Part shown: piece by piece, positions 19,815-30,993 of the stretch
Position numbering within the stretch: position 1 is the first letter of the stretch
Layout of the letters: each line of letters opens with the position of its first letter
Assembly: GCA_027923505.1 (NCBI GenBank)
Contig: BROI01000014.1
Coordinates: forward strand, 496,001-560,000
Direction of reading: 5' to 3'
From: Mayamaea pseudoterrestris
Taxonomy: Eukaryota
Length of the DNA: 64,000 nt
Notes under the pieces: model-generated
Told to the model about the DNA's origin: nothing
Databases searched by the model: none
Seen by the model: the letters and a program-made list of their open reading frames with translations, nothing else
Translations under genes and position numbers: made by a program

Positions 19815-22214
19815 ATGGCTATGACAACGACCATAACCGACGGAAAGCGTAAAAAGACAACTGAGTCTTCTCCTCCTAATTATCTCCCGCAGCAATACGA
19901 CGACACGTCAAAAATCCGCGCGAGCAGCACCTGCGAAGCTCGGAATACTCAACTAGTCGGCAGCAATAGCAGTCATGACTCCACTTTGCCTACAGATGAT
20001 TCCATTAGCAGTAGCTGTGCAAGCGCCAGTTCGAGACGAATTAAGGAAGAAATACTTTCTGAATCGCATGGAAAGTCCTCCAATCGTCGTTTGTCCAAAC
20101 GCAGCAGCAGTGACGCGCACCGGACAAAAAGCAGCCGACAACAAAGTATTTCTAGCAATGCAAGCTCGCTTGTCAGCGTAGGCACATCCAACTCACAACA
20201 ACGAAGGAGTAGGACAGTTTCATCTTCATCACGTCATGGAATATCTCGATCACACTCTGCCGATCACCTACCAGAAGGCTGCAAGAGGCCACCAGAACGT
20301 CGCACATCGCGCACAAGAAGCAGCTCAGCAAGTATACAACCTACTCCCACCGCTGATCGCAGCTCTCGCCGGCGTAGCGCAACGAGCTTATCTAATGCTT
20401 CGGTGAGATATGAGTTGTCACGGAGCGCCAGCTTTAAAGTGTCTGGCTCCGCAAAGGACAGCGCACGCGCTCATTCTCGCCCTCGAAGCAAAAGCACCGA
20501 TTCTGGTAGCATTGCAGTATCTACAAGAACTTCTACACGAACGAACGGTGCTGATACGAAACGCGACACTTCAACAAAGACTCGAGCGTCTCGCCGGCCA
20601 TCGACTTCGCAGAGCCGTCGATCGTCAGACGGCCTTGATGTCAATTCCTCACACCACTCTCGGGGATCCAGCCTTAGTAGGCATTTACGAAGCGAAGAGG
20701 AGCGTCAAAAATCATCATCAAAACCCTCTACAAGCAAGGTGCCTAGCTTTGCAAAGGAGCGTAGCCGCTCCAAGGATAATTCTTCCCACCACTCGCGTGG
20801 ATCCAGTCTGAGTCGGCATATACAGGCAGAGGAAGGTCGTGTTCGATCATCATCCAAAAAATGCAGAACCGCTGACTCCAGTAAGAAAATAGCAAGCAAC
20901 AAAGCAATAGTCAACTCTGACAGAACCGCTGACTCCAGTAAGAATATAGCAAGCAACAAAGCAATAATCAACTCTGACAGCAACCATTCGAAATCAAAGG
21001 ATCGTCATTCTAAGAAGCGTCACTTAGTAAAAGGGAGTTGCAACGACAGAAATCGGGTTGTCTCGCAGAAGCAAAAAGATACAGAGCATGTCGTTGATAG
21101 ATTGGCTATTGGCAGCAATGTGCATAGTAGTGTTTCTGGGCAACGGAATCAAAGTTGTGACTTTGTGATAGACAAGGACAACAATTTTTCAGTCGCAAGC
21201 ATGGACGAGTTCGAGTTTGAGGCCGATCAGCATACAACATTAAATCAACACAACGCAGGTCGTGTTGCTCGCGGACTCCGTAGCGATTCCGCTTCTGACA
21301 TGTCGCTAGAGTATGAATTTGATAGTGAGCCTGAGCAGTCAGTTGTCAATAGACGCCTCAGCTTGGCTCCACCAGTCACGGGAAACAGTAGCCGCTCCCT
21401 TGGAAGCTACCGCAACCGTAAAGCTGACCGGCGCCTATCAGATGTGTCAGCCAGCTCTGACATTAGTGAAGCCAATGATTGCAGCCTCAATGATCAGAGT
21501 TTGAGATCTTTTAATATTCCGGTGGCTGGTGCTGAAAAACGAAAGGGTGCATTGTTTGGACTGAGGACAGAGACCGACGCCGCTGGATTCCCCTCGGACT
21601 TGTCGGTACAGTCTATGCCGGCCGTGCGCGCCAAAAGCATGAGCCATTTTGCCCGCCCATCGGAAGGTAACACCTCATTCTTTGGGCGAAATGATGATTT
21701 TGCTTCGGACCTTTCAGTTCATTCCATGCCGGCAGCGCGCCCTAGGACTTCGGACCGGTTTGTGCTTCGGGATAGCCCCTTCGTAAAGAGGAGATCAATA
21801 CGTGATGCCGACGAATTTTCCTTGGACGTTTCTATTCATTCGATGCCTGCAATGCGCACTCAAAATTTGGAGACTTTTGTGCTGCCTTTGGTGGGGGATG
21901 AGAAGAAGTCGCGCAAGTCCTTCTTGCGCAGATCGATGTCGATGAAAGGTATCAAGTCATGTTTTACAGCTATCAAAACGAAGATGCGACGTCCATCTGA
22001 GAAAACAACTAACGATTCGCCGAGAGTTGCGGACAACAAAAGCACCAATGCCAGCGTTGAAATAGAGCGCGACGCTAGAATGTTTATAAAGAGATACAGC
22101 ATGGGGTGCGGCAGCGAGGCGCCGACTCGCCGAGGATCAATGATTGATACTTCGACCGCTCTTACAAAGATACCGTCTTTTCGAACAATGAAGGAGCGAA
22201 GACTTTCCGCTTAA
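19815..22214 (+). CDS. Ser/Arg-rich, probably disordered hypothetical protein with internal repeats
   Basis: 799-aa ORF with no recognisable domain. Confidence 0.7.
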   Translation: MAMTTTITDGKRKKTTESSPPNYLPQQYDDTSKIRASSTCEARNTQLVGSNSSHDSTLPTDDSISSSCASASSRRIKEEILSESHGKSSNRRLSKRSSSDAHRTKSSRQQSISSNASSLVSVGTSNSQQRRSRTVSSSSRHGISRSHSADHLPEGCKRPPERRTSRTRSSSASIQPTPTADRSSRRRSATSLSNASVRYELSRSASFKVSGSAKDSARAHSRPRSKSTDSGSIAVSTRTSTRTNGADTKRDTSTKTRASRRPSTSQSRRSSDGLDVNSSHHSRGSSLSRHLRSEEERQKSSSKPSTSKVPSFAKERSRSKDNSSHHSRGSSLSRHIQAEEGRVRSSSKKCRTADSSKKIASNKAIVNSDRTADSSKNIASNKAIINSDSNHSKSKDRHSKKRHLVKGSCNDRNRVVSQKQKDTEHVVDRLAIGSNVHSSVSGQRNQSCDFVIDKDNNFSVASMDEFEFEADQHTTLNQHNAGRVARGLRSDSASDMSLEYEFDSEPEQSVVNRRLSLAPPVTGNSSRSLGSYRNRKADRRLSDVSASSDISEANDCSLNDQSLRSFNIPVAGAEKRKGALFGLRTETDAAGFPSDLSVQSMPAVRAKSMSHFARPSEGNTSFFGRNDDFASDLSVHSMPAARPRTSDRFVLRDSPFVKRRSIRDADEFSLDVSIHSMPAMRTQNLETFVLPLVGDEKKSRKSFLRRSMSMKGIKSCFTAIKTKMRRPSEKTTNDSPRVADNKSTNASVEIERDARMFIKRYSMGCGSEAPTRRGSMIDTSTALTKIPSFRTMKERRLSA
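20864..20980 (+). repeat. 57-bp tandem duplication (2 copies) inside the CDS
   Basis: cagaaccgctgactccagtaagaa...caactctga starts at 20864 and at 20921; it encodes RTADSSK[KN]IASNKAI[VI]NSD twice. Confidence 0.95.
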
Positions 22215-22396
22215 AGCTCGCCACTCCTTATGATATCACATCAATTTGCCGTCACAACGTTAAAGACGAGCTGCTAAGAAATAATAATGTATACTGCCGC
22301 TACGTAGCATCTGGTGATATAAGATCCGCATAATAACTACGATTACTGTAGATCTACACTTACACATTGCCACTCGACAATAAAAGTTGTAGTGAA

Positions 22397-24781
22397 TTAC
22401 CCACGGTCTGTCCGATATCGGTGATCATATTCGCCTGCTCTAGGCGAGCGCGGTTCGTCATTAGATGACACATTTCTTGGAGTCGTCAGGACAGTCAAAG
22501 TGCGTTCAAATTCACCTTTACGAGCCATAATGGTAGTGATTTCCGACACGGACATGAGAGAAACATCTTCTCCGTCAATTGCCACAATGCGGTCGCCCGG
22601 AGATATCTTTTCCGCCATGACAGAGCTCGTTCGAACACCAGACACCATTGTGCCCTTTCCGTCCGCCTTGTTGGCGAGGATGATGCCGAGTTTTCCTGGA
22701 GGAGCCAGAACTGTTATACGAGTTCGTCTCGCAGACGCGTTAGACCTTCGGCTACTGACGGTGCGTGTCGTTGATCGACGCGAATTTCCACCAACGCTGG
22801 AGTTCCCACCGCTACCAGAGCGTTTTCCGACAATCTCAGCGGCATCTCCAGATCCAACCATGGCCAGCTGCATCTCCAAACGCAGGAGGTCGTTCGCAAC
22901 AGAGCGAGACTGCTCTGACATTTGAGACATGTATGATCTCGTACTGCGATGTGAGTACCTACTGCGACGACTTCCATGGCTACTGAGTGACTCTCCGCCA
23001 GAACTTTTGCCTTGACGACGAGACGAGCTGCGGTGGCTTCGATGTGACCGATGACTCCTGTGCGAACGGCCGCCACCAGAAGAACGAGAACGATTGGATC
23101 TCCCGGAAAGTGACTCCAAGTCTGCGGCAATGCCCCGCGGCCCAAGCGCTCCAGTCACTTCATCCACCAGCCAATTCTCGGTAGCCTCATTCTCCTCCGA
23201 GTCACTAGAGTGATTTCCGTTGCGCATCTTCCCTTCACGTCTACGACGGAGACGTTCCTTTGCTGACCGCACCGATATATTGTCTTTGGAATGCGTCGAC
23301 AAGTCGTCGCCTCGACTCGACGTGCGCTTATGCTGACCACTAGTGACACTTCCAGATCCACCTGGACGACTCGCATTCGCTGCTTCAAGGTTGCGAATAA
23401 TGTCCGACACAGAGGCACCAGGAGACAATTCCTGACTTGGACGCGGCGATGTACTTGCGCCTGGCGTCAAAGTATTAGCCTGCTGCCGAGCATACGAGGC
23501 AGAAATAGCGGGAGCTGAATTCACAGACCCACCGGACCGACGAGCTCGGCCGCTGGACGACTTGCTCTTGGCTTGCGCAAGTAGTTCACTCAGCGACGTT
23601 TCCGTATAGTGAGTCTTTGGCACTGCTGCTGCTGACGACGGAGAAGGATCAGGGCCGGCAGAATTGGTCGATTTAATTGTGCGATGAGCTGACCAAATCG
23701 GATCCGATGGGAATGAGACATTATTAAAGTCTGCAAAGTTGGCAAAATCGTCGTCAAAGCCAGATGTTGCAGCAGACGGACCACTTTCGTTACTCTTGGG
23801 TGATGCAAAGTTTGTCTTTGTTCCGTAACCATTCGAATGCGGCGACGGTGATGACGAGGACAATGGTGCTGATCCACTAGTACTAGCCGGCGACGCCGGA
23901 AACGCTAGCGAACCTGGACCAGATTTTGTATGAGCTTGGTATCCACGGCTTGGGCTGCTGGGAGGTTTAATAGCCATCGCATTCAAGTGCGAGTAATTAC
24001 TCGGCAATGGCTTACTTGCCGGTTTTGCCGGAAGCGGCGCCGTTTCCTTTTGATCCCAAGCGTCCTCCGAAGAATCTTGTGATGGAGTTGTACTAATGAG
24101 CGACAAATTTTGTGGTCGAGCCTTCTCCGAAACAGACGCCCTTGTTGCATCATCATCCGTCAGTAAGTCTGGAAATACAGTACCTTCATCCGTATGGTAA
24201 TGGTGGGAGGCAGACGTTGGCGTATTCGAGGAAACGCTGAGCGCCGAAGTGTCCAGCAAGGTCGGCGGCAAAACACCTCGTCGTCGAAGATTCTCGTAGT
24301 CTGTATCCTCCGCATCCGTGCTCAAATTGAAGCTCGACGACTCCCCATCCGAGTTGCTATTATCAGACGAGTACATCTGACCGGCGCTGAATCGAATCTT
24401 GGATTCTTCGCGAGGCATGCTAAAGATTGGCTTTTGCTGCAGCGGCAGCGAGTCAAGGTCGACTCGGCGCACTTTATTTTCGTTGCTTACAGACTCATCG
24501 TCCAAATCAACAGGGCCCGTCTTGCGCGAGTTGGGAGGCGCCTCGTCCATGTGAGGGACAGATTGGTTCCGAGGTGAAAGTACAAGTCGCTGTCCGCCCA
24601 AGCTAAGGTCTGGACCAGGAGCATAATTGCCATTCTTGCCGTCCTGCTGATTCTCATCCGGAGAAACATCGCGATCAGTGCTTTTTGATTTGGAGATGGC
24701 GGCGCCCTTTTCTGACTTTTTGCTTGTCTTCTCCTTCTTGCTGCCGCGGCGACGACGAAACAAATTCTTGAAGAAACCCAT
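22397..24781 (-). CDS. Disordered Ser-rich protein with a C-terminal PDZ domain
   Basis: APPGKLGIILAN...VSGVR...GDRIVAIDGEDV is a PDZ signature. The N-terminus is MG plus a polybasic stretch. Confidence 0.8.
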   Translation of the reverse strand: MGFFKNLFRRRRGSKKEKTSKKSEKGAAISKSKSTDRDVSPDENQQDGKNGNYAPGPDLSLGGQRLVLSPRNQSVPHMDEAPPNSRKTGPVDLDDESVSNENKVRRVDLDSLPLQQKPIFSMPREESKIRFSAGQMYSSDNSNSDGESSSFNLSTDAEDTDYENLRRRGVLPPTLLDTSALSVSSNTPTSASHHYHTDEGTVFPDLLTDDDATRASVSEKARPQNLSLISTTPSQDSSEDAWDQKETAPLPAKPASKPLPSNYSHLNAMAIKPPSSPSRGYQAHTKSGPGSLAFPASPASTSGSAPLSSSSPSPHSNGYGTKTNFASPKSNESGPSAATSGFDDDFANFADFNNVSFPSDPIWSAHRTIKSTNSAGPDPSPSSAAAVPKTHYTETSLSELLAQAKSKSSSGRARRSGGSVNSAPAISASYARQQANTLTPGASTSPRPSQELSPGASVSDIIRNLEAANASRPGGSGSVTSGQHKRTSSRGDDLSTHSKDNISVRSAKERLRRRREGKMRNGNHSSDSEENEATENWLVDEVTGALGPRGIAADLESLSGRSNRSRSSGGGRSHRSHRSHRSHRSSSRRQGKSSGGESLSSHGSRRSRYSHRSTRSYMSQMSEQSRSVANDLLRLEMQLAMVGSGDAAEIVGKRSGSGGNSSVGGNSRRSTTRTVSSRRSNASARRTRITVLAPPGKLGIILANKADGKGTMVSGVRTSSVMAEKISPGDRIVAIDGEDVSLMSVSEITTIMARKGEFERTLTVLTTPRNVSSNDEPRSPRAGEYDHRYRTDRG

Positions 24782-25469
24782 GGTTTGAAGATCGATTCAG
24801 CTTTTATAGCTATCTGATCCACTCGTCTCTACAACACGGCAAGCAAGTGAAGGTAGAGACGCCCAATCTTCCCTACAATAGACGGAAGCTAGTTTTACGA
24901 CACGCTCCTTCAGTCCGGAACAATCTCCGAGTTTCCGCGCACACCTCAAACTGCGTGGACGCACGTTCTACGCTGGATGAGCGAGCGAGTAAAAGTCCCA
25001 AAGCGAAAGCTTGGAGAGCGTTACACGACAAGGTACGCGCCTCGAGTGAAATCAAGCGCAACGCTAAACTCGAGTCAATGACAGCTTGGCCCAAACAAAT
25101 TCACTGCAACTATTGCAAACTCAACCAATGCATGCAGGCAGGCAGCAGGCAGCCACTGGAGAAAGGGCGACGGTCGTCGCCGTAACGCGCGATGGAAAAC
25201 ACGAGCCAATGCGCGCAAGCCTTGCCGACACGTTTCGTGGACGCCAGGTGGATGATGTCATCACGAGGGTCACGTCAGTCACGAGCTACGTTAGCTAACG
25301 TGAATAGGTCTGAACATAAACTATGAAGAGTTACTACCAGAATGATGTTAAAATAATAAAGTAACCCGCTATGTAACATGAGTTGGCTATAACAACATTT
25401 GATTTCTTCCCCATGTCTCCTAAAAACAACTCGTACAAAGAGTCAGAGGACCCGCATCAGCACACTATT

Positions 25470-26909
25470 TTACTCGCTCCCTTCACCCCCGTTCTGACGC
25501 TGCCGATCTAGCTCCGTTTCCGACTCGGTCCGCGTCAACACCTTGACCACCTTTTCACACTCGGTTTCAAGCTTGCGATGCGTTCGGACGCCAACGTCCA
25601 ATGCAGTCGACACCACTTGCTTGGCGCCAAGCTCCTGCGCGCGCTTCTTGGCCTCGTCGGATGCACGCAATAACGAGCCCAAACACTTGGCACTCAACGT
25701 AGCATCATGTGGCTTTTGTTGCGCCTTGCCCAGCTCTGCAATCAGTGTCGATAAGATCTCCTTGTTCGACAGTTCTTCCGTTTGCTGCAAAAACTCATTG
25801 GCAACGTCATTCGAGCTTGCAGTGCGGAGCCTTGACCGAGGCTTGGAATCTTCAGGTTCATCGTCGCCAAAGTCTTCATCGAATCGATCCGACCGTTCTA
25901 CGACATCCAACGCATTGGCCAAGACTGCGAGGGCAAGATTATGCAGAAGCATCATACTCTCGGCATCAGCCTGGTGGACACTGTCTTCTTGATCTTCAGC
26001 CTCTCCGATGCGAGAAAACTGAACCAGCCCCAAAATGGCTTCGCGAATCTCCTGAAAAGGACCCTCGTCCATGACCAGCTCTTGTTCCGACTGTGCGCCT
26101 GGAATCTCAATGCCTTGCGTCGACCCGAGTAAAACAACATGACTAGCAAGAACTGCAGTAATGTAGCCAGTTTTTCGCGGATCTGTCAAGAGACATAGCG
26201 ACTCGAGCCCAAGAACGCGAGCATCCATTCGGTCCTTCATAATGAGCCCATGTGCAATCTCAATTGCAATGATTGCATTCTCATGCTCCTGCGTCTCCTG
26301 GTTCTTGGGTAATTGCATGAGGCGCTGCACCTTCTTTGAATACATGACATCATCGGCAAAGGCGTCCAACGGCATGGAATCTCCAACGGCCGCATCGAGA
26401 ATAGAGCGCGAATACCGGTGAAAGGCAATGGAGTCACCCTTGCGGCGCTGAAGCTCCACGACAACGCCCGGGTTCGCCGCTGTACTTGGCGTCTTCCAAA
26501 GACTCAAATGCATTTCAACATTCTCCGCCGTCAAGAGACTTGCAGTATCGTTATTGTAAAAGGCTTGGACGGACAAACTGCGAAGACAGTCCGACAATCG
26601 ACGCGCAATTTCCCTCGGGTCTTCGTCTTCGATCAATCGACTCGATTTTTCCAATGGGTAAAACGCCGGCACGGGGCGCAGCGTCGTTGGAACCCAGTTG
26701 CTTGACGCAGCCTTTTCGTCATCATCGTTATTAGCAGCCGCGCCAAAGAACTCGTTCTTGTCAATCACATCCGACTCTCTAGCTGCCGCTGGTGCAGGGT
26801 GCGTGGGTGGCTTGTGTCGCGGCTGCGTGGCAATGAGCGGCTGTTGAGGGTCGGCAACGCGCATCTGCGCAAACCTAAATTCGGGAGCGTCATTGAGTGG
26901 AGATGCCAT
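25470..26909 (-). CDS. Hypothetical protein with a KA1-like domain and helical C-terminus
   Basis: Long ORF; VVVELQRRKGDSIAFHRY resembles the end of a kinase-associated-1 domain. The start is placed at ATG 26909 (MASPLND). Confidence 0.65.
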   Translation of the reverse strand: MASPLNDAPEFRFAQMRVADPQQPLIATQPRHKPPTHPAPAAARESDVIDKNEFFGAAANNDDDEKAASSNWVPTTLRPVPAFYPLEKSSRLIEDEDPREIARRLSDCLRSLSVQAFYNNDTASLLTAENVEMHLSLWKTPSTAANPGVVVELQRRKGDSIAFHRYSRSILDAAVGDSMPLDAFADDVMYSKKVQRLMQLPKNQETQEHENAIIAIEIAHGLIMKDRMDARVLGLESLCLLTDPRKTGYITAVLASHVVLLGSTQGIEIPGAQSEQELVMDEGPFQEIREAILGLVQFSRIGEAEDQEDSVHQADAESMMLLHNLALAVLANALDVVERSDRFDEDFGDDEPEDSKPRSRLRTASSNDVANEFLQQTEELSNKEILSTLIAELGKAQQKPHDATLSAKCLGSLLRASDEAKKRAQELGAKQVVSTALDVGVRTHRKLETECEKVVKVLTRTESETELDRQRQNGGEGSE

Positions 26910-27672
26910 GGTTAGATAAATTGTTTTGTTACGGTAACAAGCGTCTTGTGTAACGAATCGTGACCGGTACAATATGTATCCGGCTCCATGGTGCTCGTCC
27001 AAACATCTACGACTCGGGGCGAAACCGTTTCGAGCATACCGTGTCATCGAAACACATACAAAAGGTTCCTTACCTAAATGAAGGCTGCTCCTTCTCATAT
27101 TCATTCGGCGGTTTATTGTCGCTCATGGTCGTATGCTACAATTCTTTCTTGTTCGTTTGATATTTATGCGAGCAGACAAGGACTGGTTTTCGATGAGCAA
27201 GACGGGTGGAAACACTCGGACGTTTGCAACCACGCTGACTTCTCGTTGTGCCTGCAGCGCCAGCCTCAACTCCCCGACTAACAAAAATCGCGCGATCGAA
27301 ACGCATGGACGAATCAGATCGTCGGAATCGACATTTCCGGGTTCGATTTGATTCGTGGGAGCAAGGCCTTCCAATCGTCTCAGCGGTTTTGACCTCGCGT
27401 TGTTCGGCAAACTGGAATGACCATGACACAACATCAACCGTTTTGCGTGTGCGTTCGCCTCTTGCTGGTTAGTCGGCGATGTTGACAGTTACAAGTGGGA
27501 AATGTGGTTCCGAGTCTATTCGTAGGTTTCACGTATTCGGCCAATGGTCCCGCAAATGTATGTTACTAAATTTAGAATAATGTTAACACATCTACCGGTA
27601 GAATTCAGATTATCTTGTAGTACCGGTGTGCCTCGAAAAGCTTCGACCAAGTTACTACTCAGCTTTAATCAC

Positions 27673-29393
27673 TCATTTATCCTTCTTCTTTTTGTCCTTC
27701 TTTTTCTTCTTGTCCTTCTTCTTTGCGGGCGATTCACCCGTGGAACCATCGTCCGCCGCTCTCTTCTTTGCTTGATCATCGTCATCCTCGTCGTGACCAT
27801 TGTCCGGCATTTCCTCGTCGGACGAAGCCTTGGCATCAGCAGCCGAAGAAGCAGCAACAGCAGCAGCAGCAGCAGCAGCCTCGGTGGTACCTGTCAGCGC
27901 TGGAGGTTTGGACTGCGAAAAATCCTTGTAGGACTGCGTAAAGTCAGACGGGGTCTTTTCGTTTGGCTTGCCATGCTTGTCCAGCAAGCCTTGAGTTATC
28001 ATGGACTTTTTGCGCTGCGCCATTGGCCCCAGTCCCCAGCGGCGAGGATAGACGTCTCGTTCCATAATGACGCGCTTAATCTTGGCGACAACTCCATGAT
28101 CGACCGTAGCCATGACGGACGTGGTCATTTGCGCAATGGCAACAGCAATCGCTTCGCCCTTGGTTGTCATAAGAACCACTTCGTCGTTGATTTCAATGCC
28201 ATCCGCAAATCGAAGCAAACCAGGAATCATTAACTTGGCTCCGTAGCAGATTGCATTGACGGCACTATCCTTGACCACGACACGCTTGTAGCTTGTCAAA
28301 AGCACCTCCAGCGGCATGACGACGCGGCGAAGATATGTTTCGTCCTTGGTCGTGTCGTACACATGTTGGGCGTCCATGACATCGTGCATGGTGACCATAT
28401 TGTCCGCTTCGCCCAAGACGCCACTCTTGACGCGGCGAAGCTCCTGCATGTGGCCACCCGTTCCAACAAGCAATCCAGCATGCACACAAAGCGTTCGAAC
28501 GTAGGTCCCAGCCTCGCACTTGATCCAAAATACTCCAAGTCTTCGCTCCTCATCAAACTCCAGCAACTGGCTGTCGTAAATAGTTCGAATACGCAACTGC
28601 CGCTTGACAGCCGAAATGAGCGGCGGACGCTGAAAGAGGGCGCCCGTCAAGGTTGTCTCCAACGCGCGCTGCAACTTTTTGCGGGCATCCTCCACGGCAC
28701 TGTGCAAGCGAACGACGCCAACGTATTCCTTTCCGGCGCCTTGCTGCGACTTGACCAAGCGAGTGGCGCGGTTCAAGCAGACGATCAAGCAACCAGTCAC
28801 CTTTGGGTCGAGTGTTCCAGAGTGACCCGTCTTATCGATTCTCAAGATGCGTTTGCTGTGATTAGAATACAATAAGTCCAAATGCACAGTGGTAATCATC
28901 TATACTAAATCAAACCCAAATAAGGAACTTACATCCATGAAACAACTTCATGAGAGCTTGGGTTTGCAGGCTTGTCCAGATTAATGACACCATACTGCAA
29001 ATGCTGCTCCAAGTTTCTAGCCAGCGGACTACTTCCAGTTGGTAACGGCGTATAGTGCGAGCTGCGGACGTGAAGTTCGTGGTAATTCTTGAGCAGCAGC
29101 GGCCACTGCGAAGTGTCGAGCTTGGGCGTCGTCTTGGCCGGCTGGATCATGGATGTCGTTTCGCTAGCGGCGGCGGCGACGGCGGAACCATCCGCAGCCT
29201 TTCGTTTCTTGTCTGCAAGTAGTTTGTTATAGCGAATTAGAAAAGAGAGTTAGTACTTTTTTTGATTCTGAGCTGCACATTATAGAATGCAAGAATCATC
29301 GAATGTCCAAGCAGCAGGATTCCTTCATCCGCACGAGTAATGCCACCACCCACCGTCTCAACGCACTCTACTGCCCAACATACCTGATCCCAT
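27673..29393 (-). CDS. CBF5: H/ACA snoRNP pseudouridine synthase Cbf5/dyskerin (exons 29393-29384, 29212-28933, 28855-27673)
   Basis: Motifs [15 protein letters not shown] and [12 protein letters not shown], a PUA domain and a KKD-repeat tail. GT-AG introns at 29213-29383 and 28856-28932 are in frame. Confidence 0.97.
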
Positions 29394-29751
29394 TCTTCTA
29401 ATCAGTGCTTTCTGACAAGTCTTGATGTACTAGTAGATTAGCCAGTGGAAACGATATCCGATGAGACGATGCGGTGCAAGGTGCCATGGCATCGCAATGG
29501 ATGGTCGGAAAATCTGTCGTATCAAAGTCGTTCTGGTACTCAACTCGCTAAAGATGTCGTTCACGTCTCTCGGTTCCTGCATTGCTAACTGTAAATAAAT
29601 GCTAACGTGTTTTAACATAATTTGTTCTGATCCAGTACTACGGTCAGAAAATAGTCTGCCAAATGAAATCTACGATAGCGTTGCATAAAATTACAAAGTT
29701 CAGTCAACATACTTCCAAAGTGTCAAACAAACTCGGGACAGCGCGTCTAAT

Positions 29752-30993
29752 TTACCATCGCCTACCTCCAGGAGGCGGCCCGCCACGAAATCCTCGGTCG
29801 TCAAACCGCCCCGGAGGAGGAGCTCTGTATCCTCCGCGATCGTCGAATCGACTACTACCGCCTCCGCCTCCAAAGCCACGGCCACCTCGGTCGTCGCCAC
29901 TTCTTCCACCATTGCGAAAGCCACCACCGCCGCCCATGCCCATTGACGGCGGTGGACCATCGTTGCGTCGCTGCGCGGGAGGTGGCGGGCCATAGCGACC
30001 ATATAACTTTTGCATTGACGCCAACTTGTCTCGCACCAGCTTCCAACCAACGTATTGCTTGCCAGAGTAATGAGCAGCGATACGCTCGTCAGCGTCGCGG
30101 GCGCTCATGAAATTACCCGATACTTCGCAAACCGTCTTGTCAGTAGTAATGTCACTCTTGACATAGTCCAACTGTCGACGATGGTAGGCGACATCGTCTT
30201 GCAACGGGACGAGTCGACTAATGAGTTGGCCCAAGTCATAGAGCAAGCGGCCGCGCTCTAACGTCAATGCTCCGAGTTTCGTTTGAAGCTCCGTCATTCT
30301 TTCCTTGGCAGGATCGGGTTCACTTTCCTGCTGCGGCTGCTCGCCATCTGCGTCGGCGTCTGCACCGCGTTCCTCCACCTTTGCCTTCATGTCTTGCAAT
30401 AGAGGCTCTAATTCCTGCTTGGCTTGACCCTCCTGCAACAAAACATCTTCCAGTGCCTTTGCTTTCGTATCAATTTGATCCTGCAAGTCCTCCGCCTGAA
30501 CAATCATGCGACAAACATAATCCAACGCAGCATCATCAACTTGCTCAGGCACATCTGCTCTTTGAATTCCTTTCCGAGCCATTTCTTGTCGTAGCTTCTC
30601 ATTATTTCGACTAATAGTTCGATCACACTGTCTGACAAGCTCATTGAGCTTTTGAAACAAAAAGAAGTCATACCCCAGTCGTTCCTTTTCGTCTCGCGGC
30701 AGCTTTAAATATTCCTCATGCGCTCCATTGTCAACAACGTATGGATTCGGCCCAAGATCAGATTTCGTATTGACAAATAGCTCGTATACGTCTCGTCCCC
30801 ATGCCGTATAGAGCGGACAAATGTCTGGATCGTAGCAACTCTTGGTGCGCTTGCCAGGCAGCAGCAGCATGTCGCCGCCGGATGCATGCTTGCGCTTCTT
30901 GCCGGGCACGGCGGCGCCCTTGGGAAGAGGCGCATTGCGATCGCCGCCCATGAGGGCGTCTAGTAGTGCGCGGGCTTCGCCAACAGCGACCAT
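29752..30993 (-). CDS. LUC7: LUC7-like U1 snRNP protein
   Basis: ARALLDALMG, LFVNTKSDLG, VCEVSG...D...RIAAHYSGK and an RGG-rich tail. Confidence 0.88.
   Translation of the reverse strand: MVAVGEARALLDALMGGDRNAPLPKGAAVPGKKRKHASGGDMLLLPGKRTKSCYDPDICPLYTAWGRDVYELFVNTKSDLGPNPYVVDNGAHEEYLKLPRDEKERLGYDFFLFQKLNELVRQCDRTISRNNEKLRQEMARKGIQRADVPEQVDDAALDYVCRMIVQAEDLQDQIDTKAKALEDVLLQEGQAKQELEPLLQDMKAKVEERGADADADGEQPQQESEPDPAKERMTELQTKLGALTLERGRLLYDLGQLISRLVPLQDDVAYHRRQLDYVKSDITTDKTVCEVSGNFMSARDADERIAAHYSGKQYVGWKLVRDKLASMQKLYGRYGPPPPAQRRNDGPPPSMGMGGGGGFRNGGRSGDDRGGRGFGGGGGSSRFDDRGGYRAPPPGRFDDRGFRGGPPPGGRRW

Noticed and set aside
25288..25301. 14-bp palindrome ACGTTAGCTAACGT beside TCACG repeats
   Set aside because: A single short occurrence cannot be distinguished from chance.
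27330..27360. GGTTCGAT resembling a tRNA T-loop/B-box
   Set aside because: No T-stem pairing or cloverleaf could be built around it.
27544..28233. 229-aa plus ORF with a hydrophobic start and poly-Ser
   Set aside because: It is antisense to the Lys-rich tail and GCA-repeat poly-Ala of Cbf5.
29213..29383. Cbf5 intron 1 as a snoRNA host
   Set aside because: No convincing C/D or H/ACA box arrangement was seen by eye.
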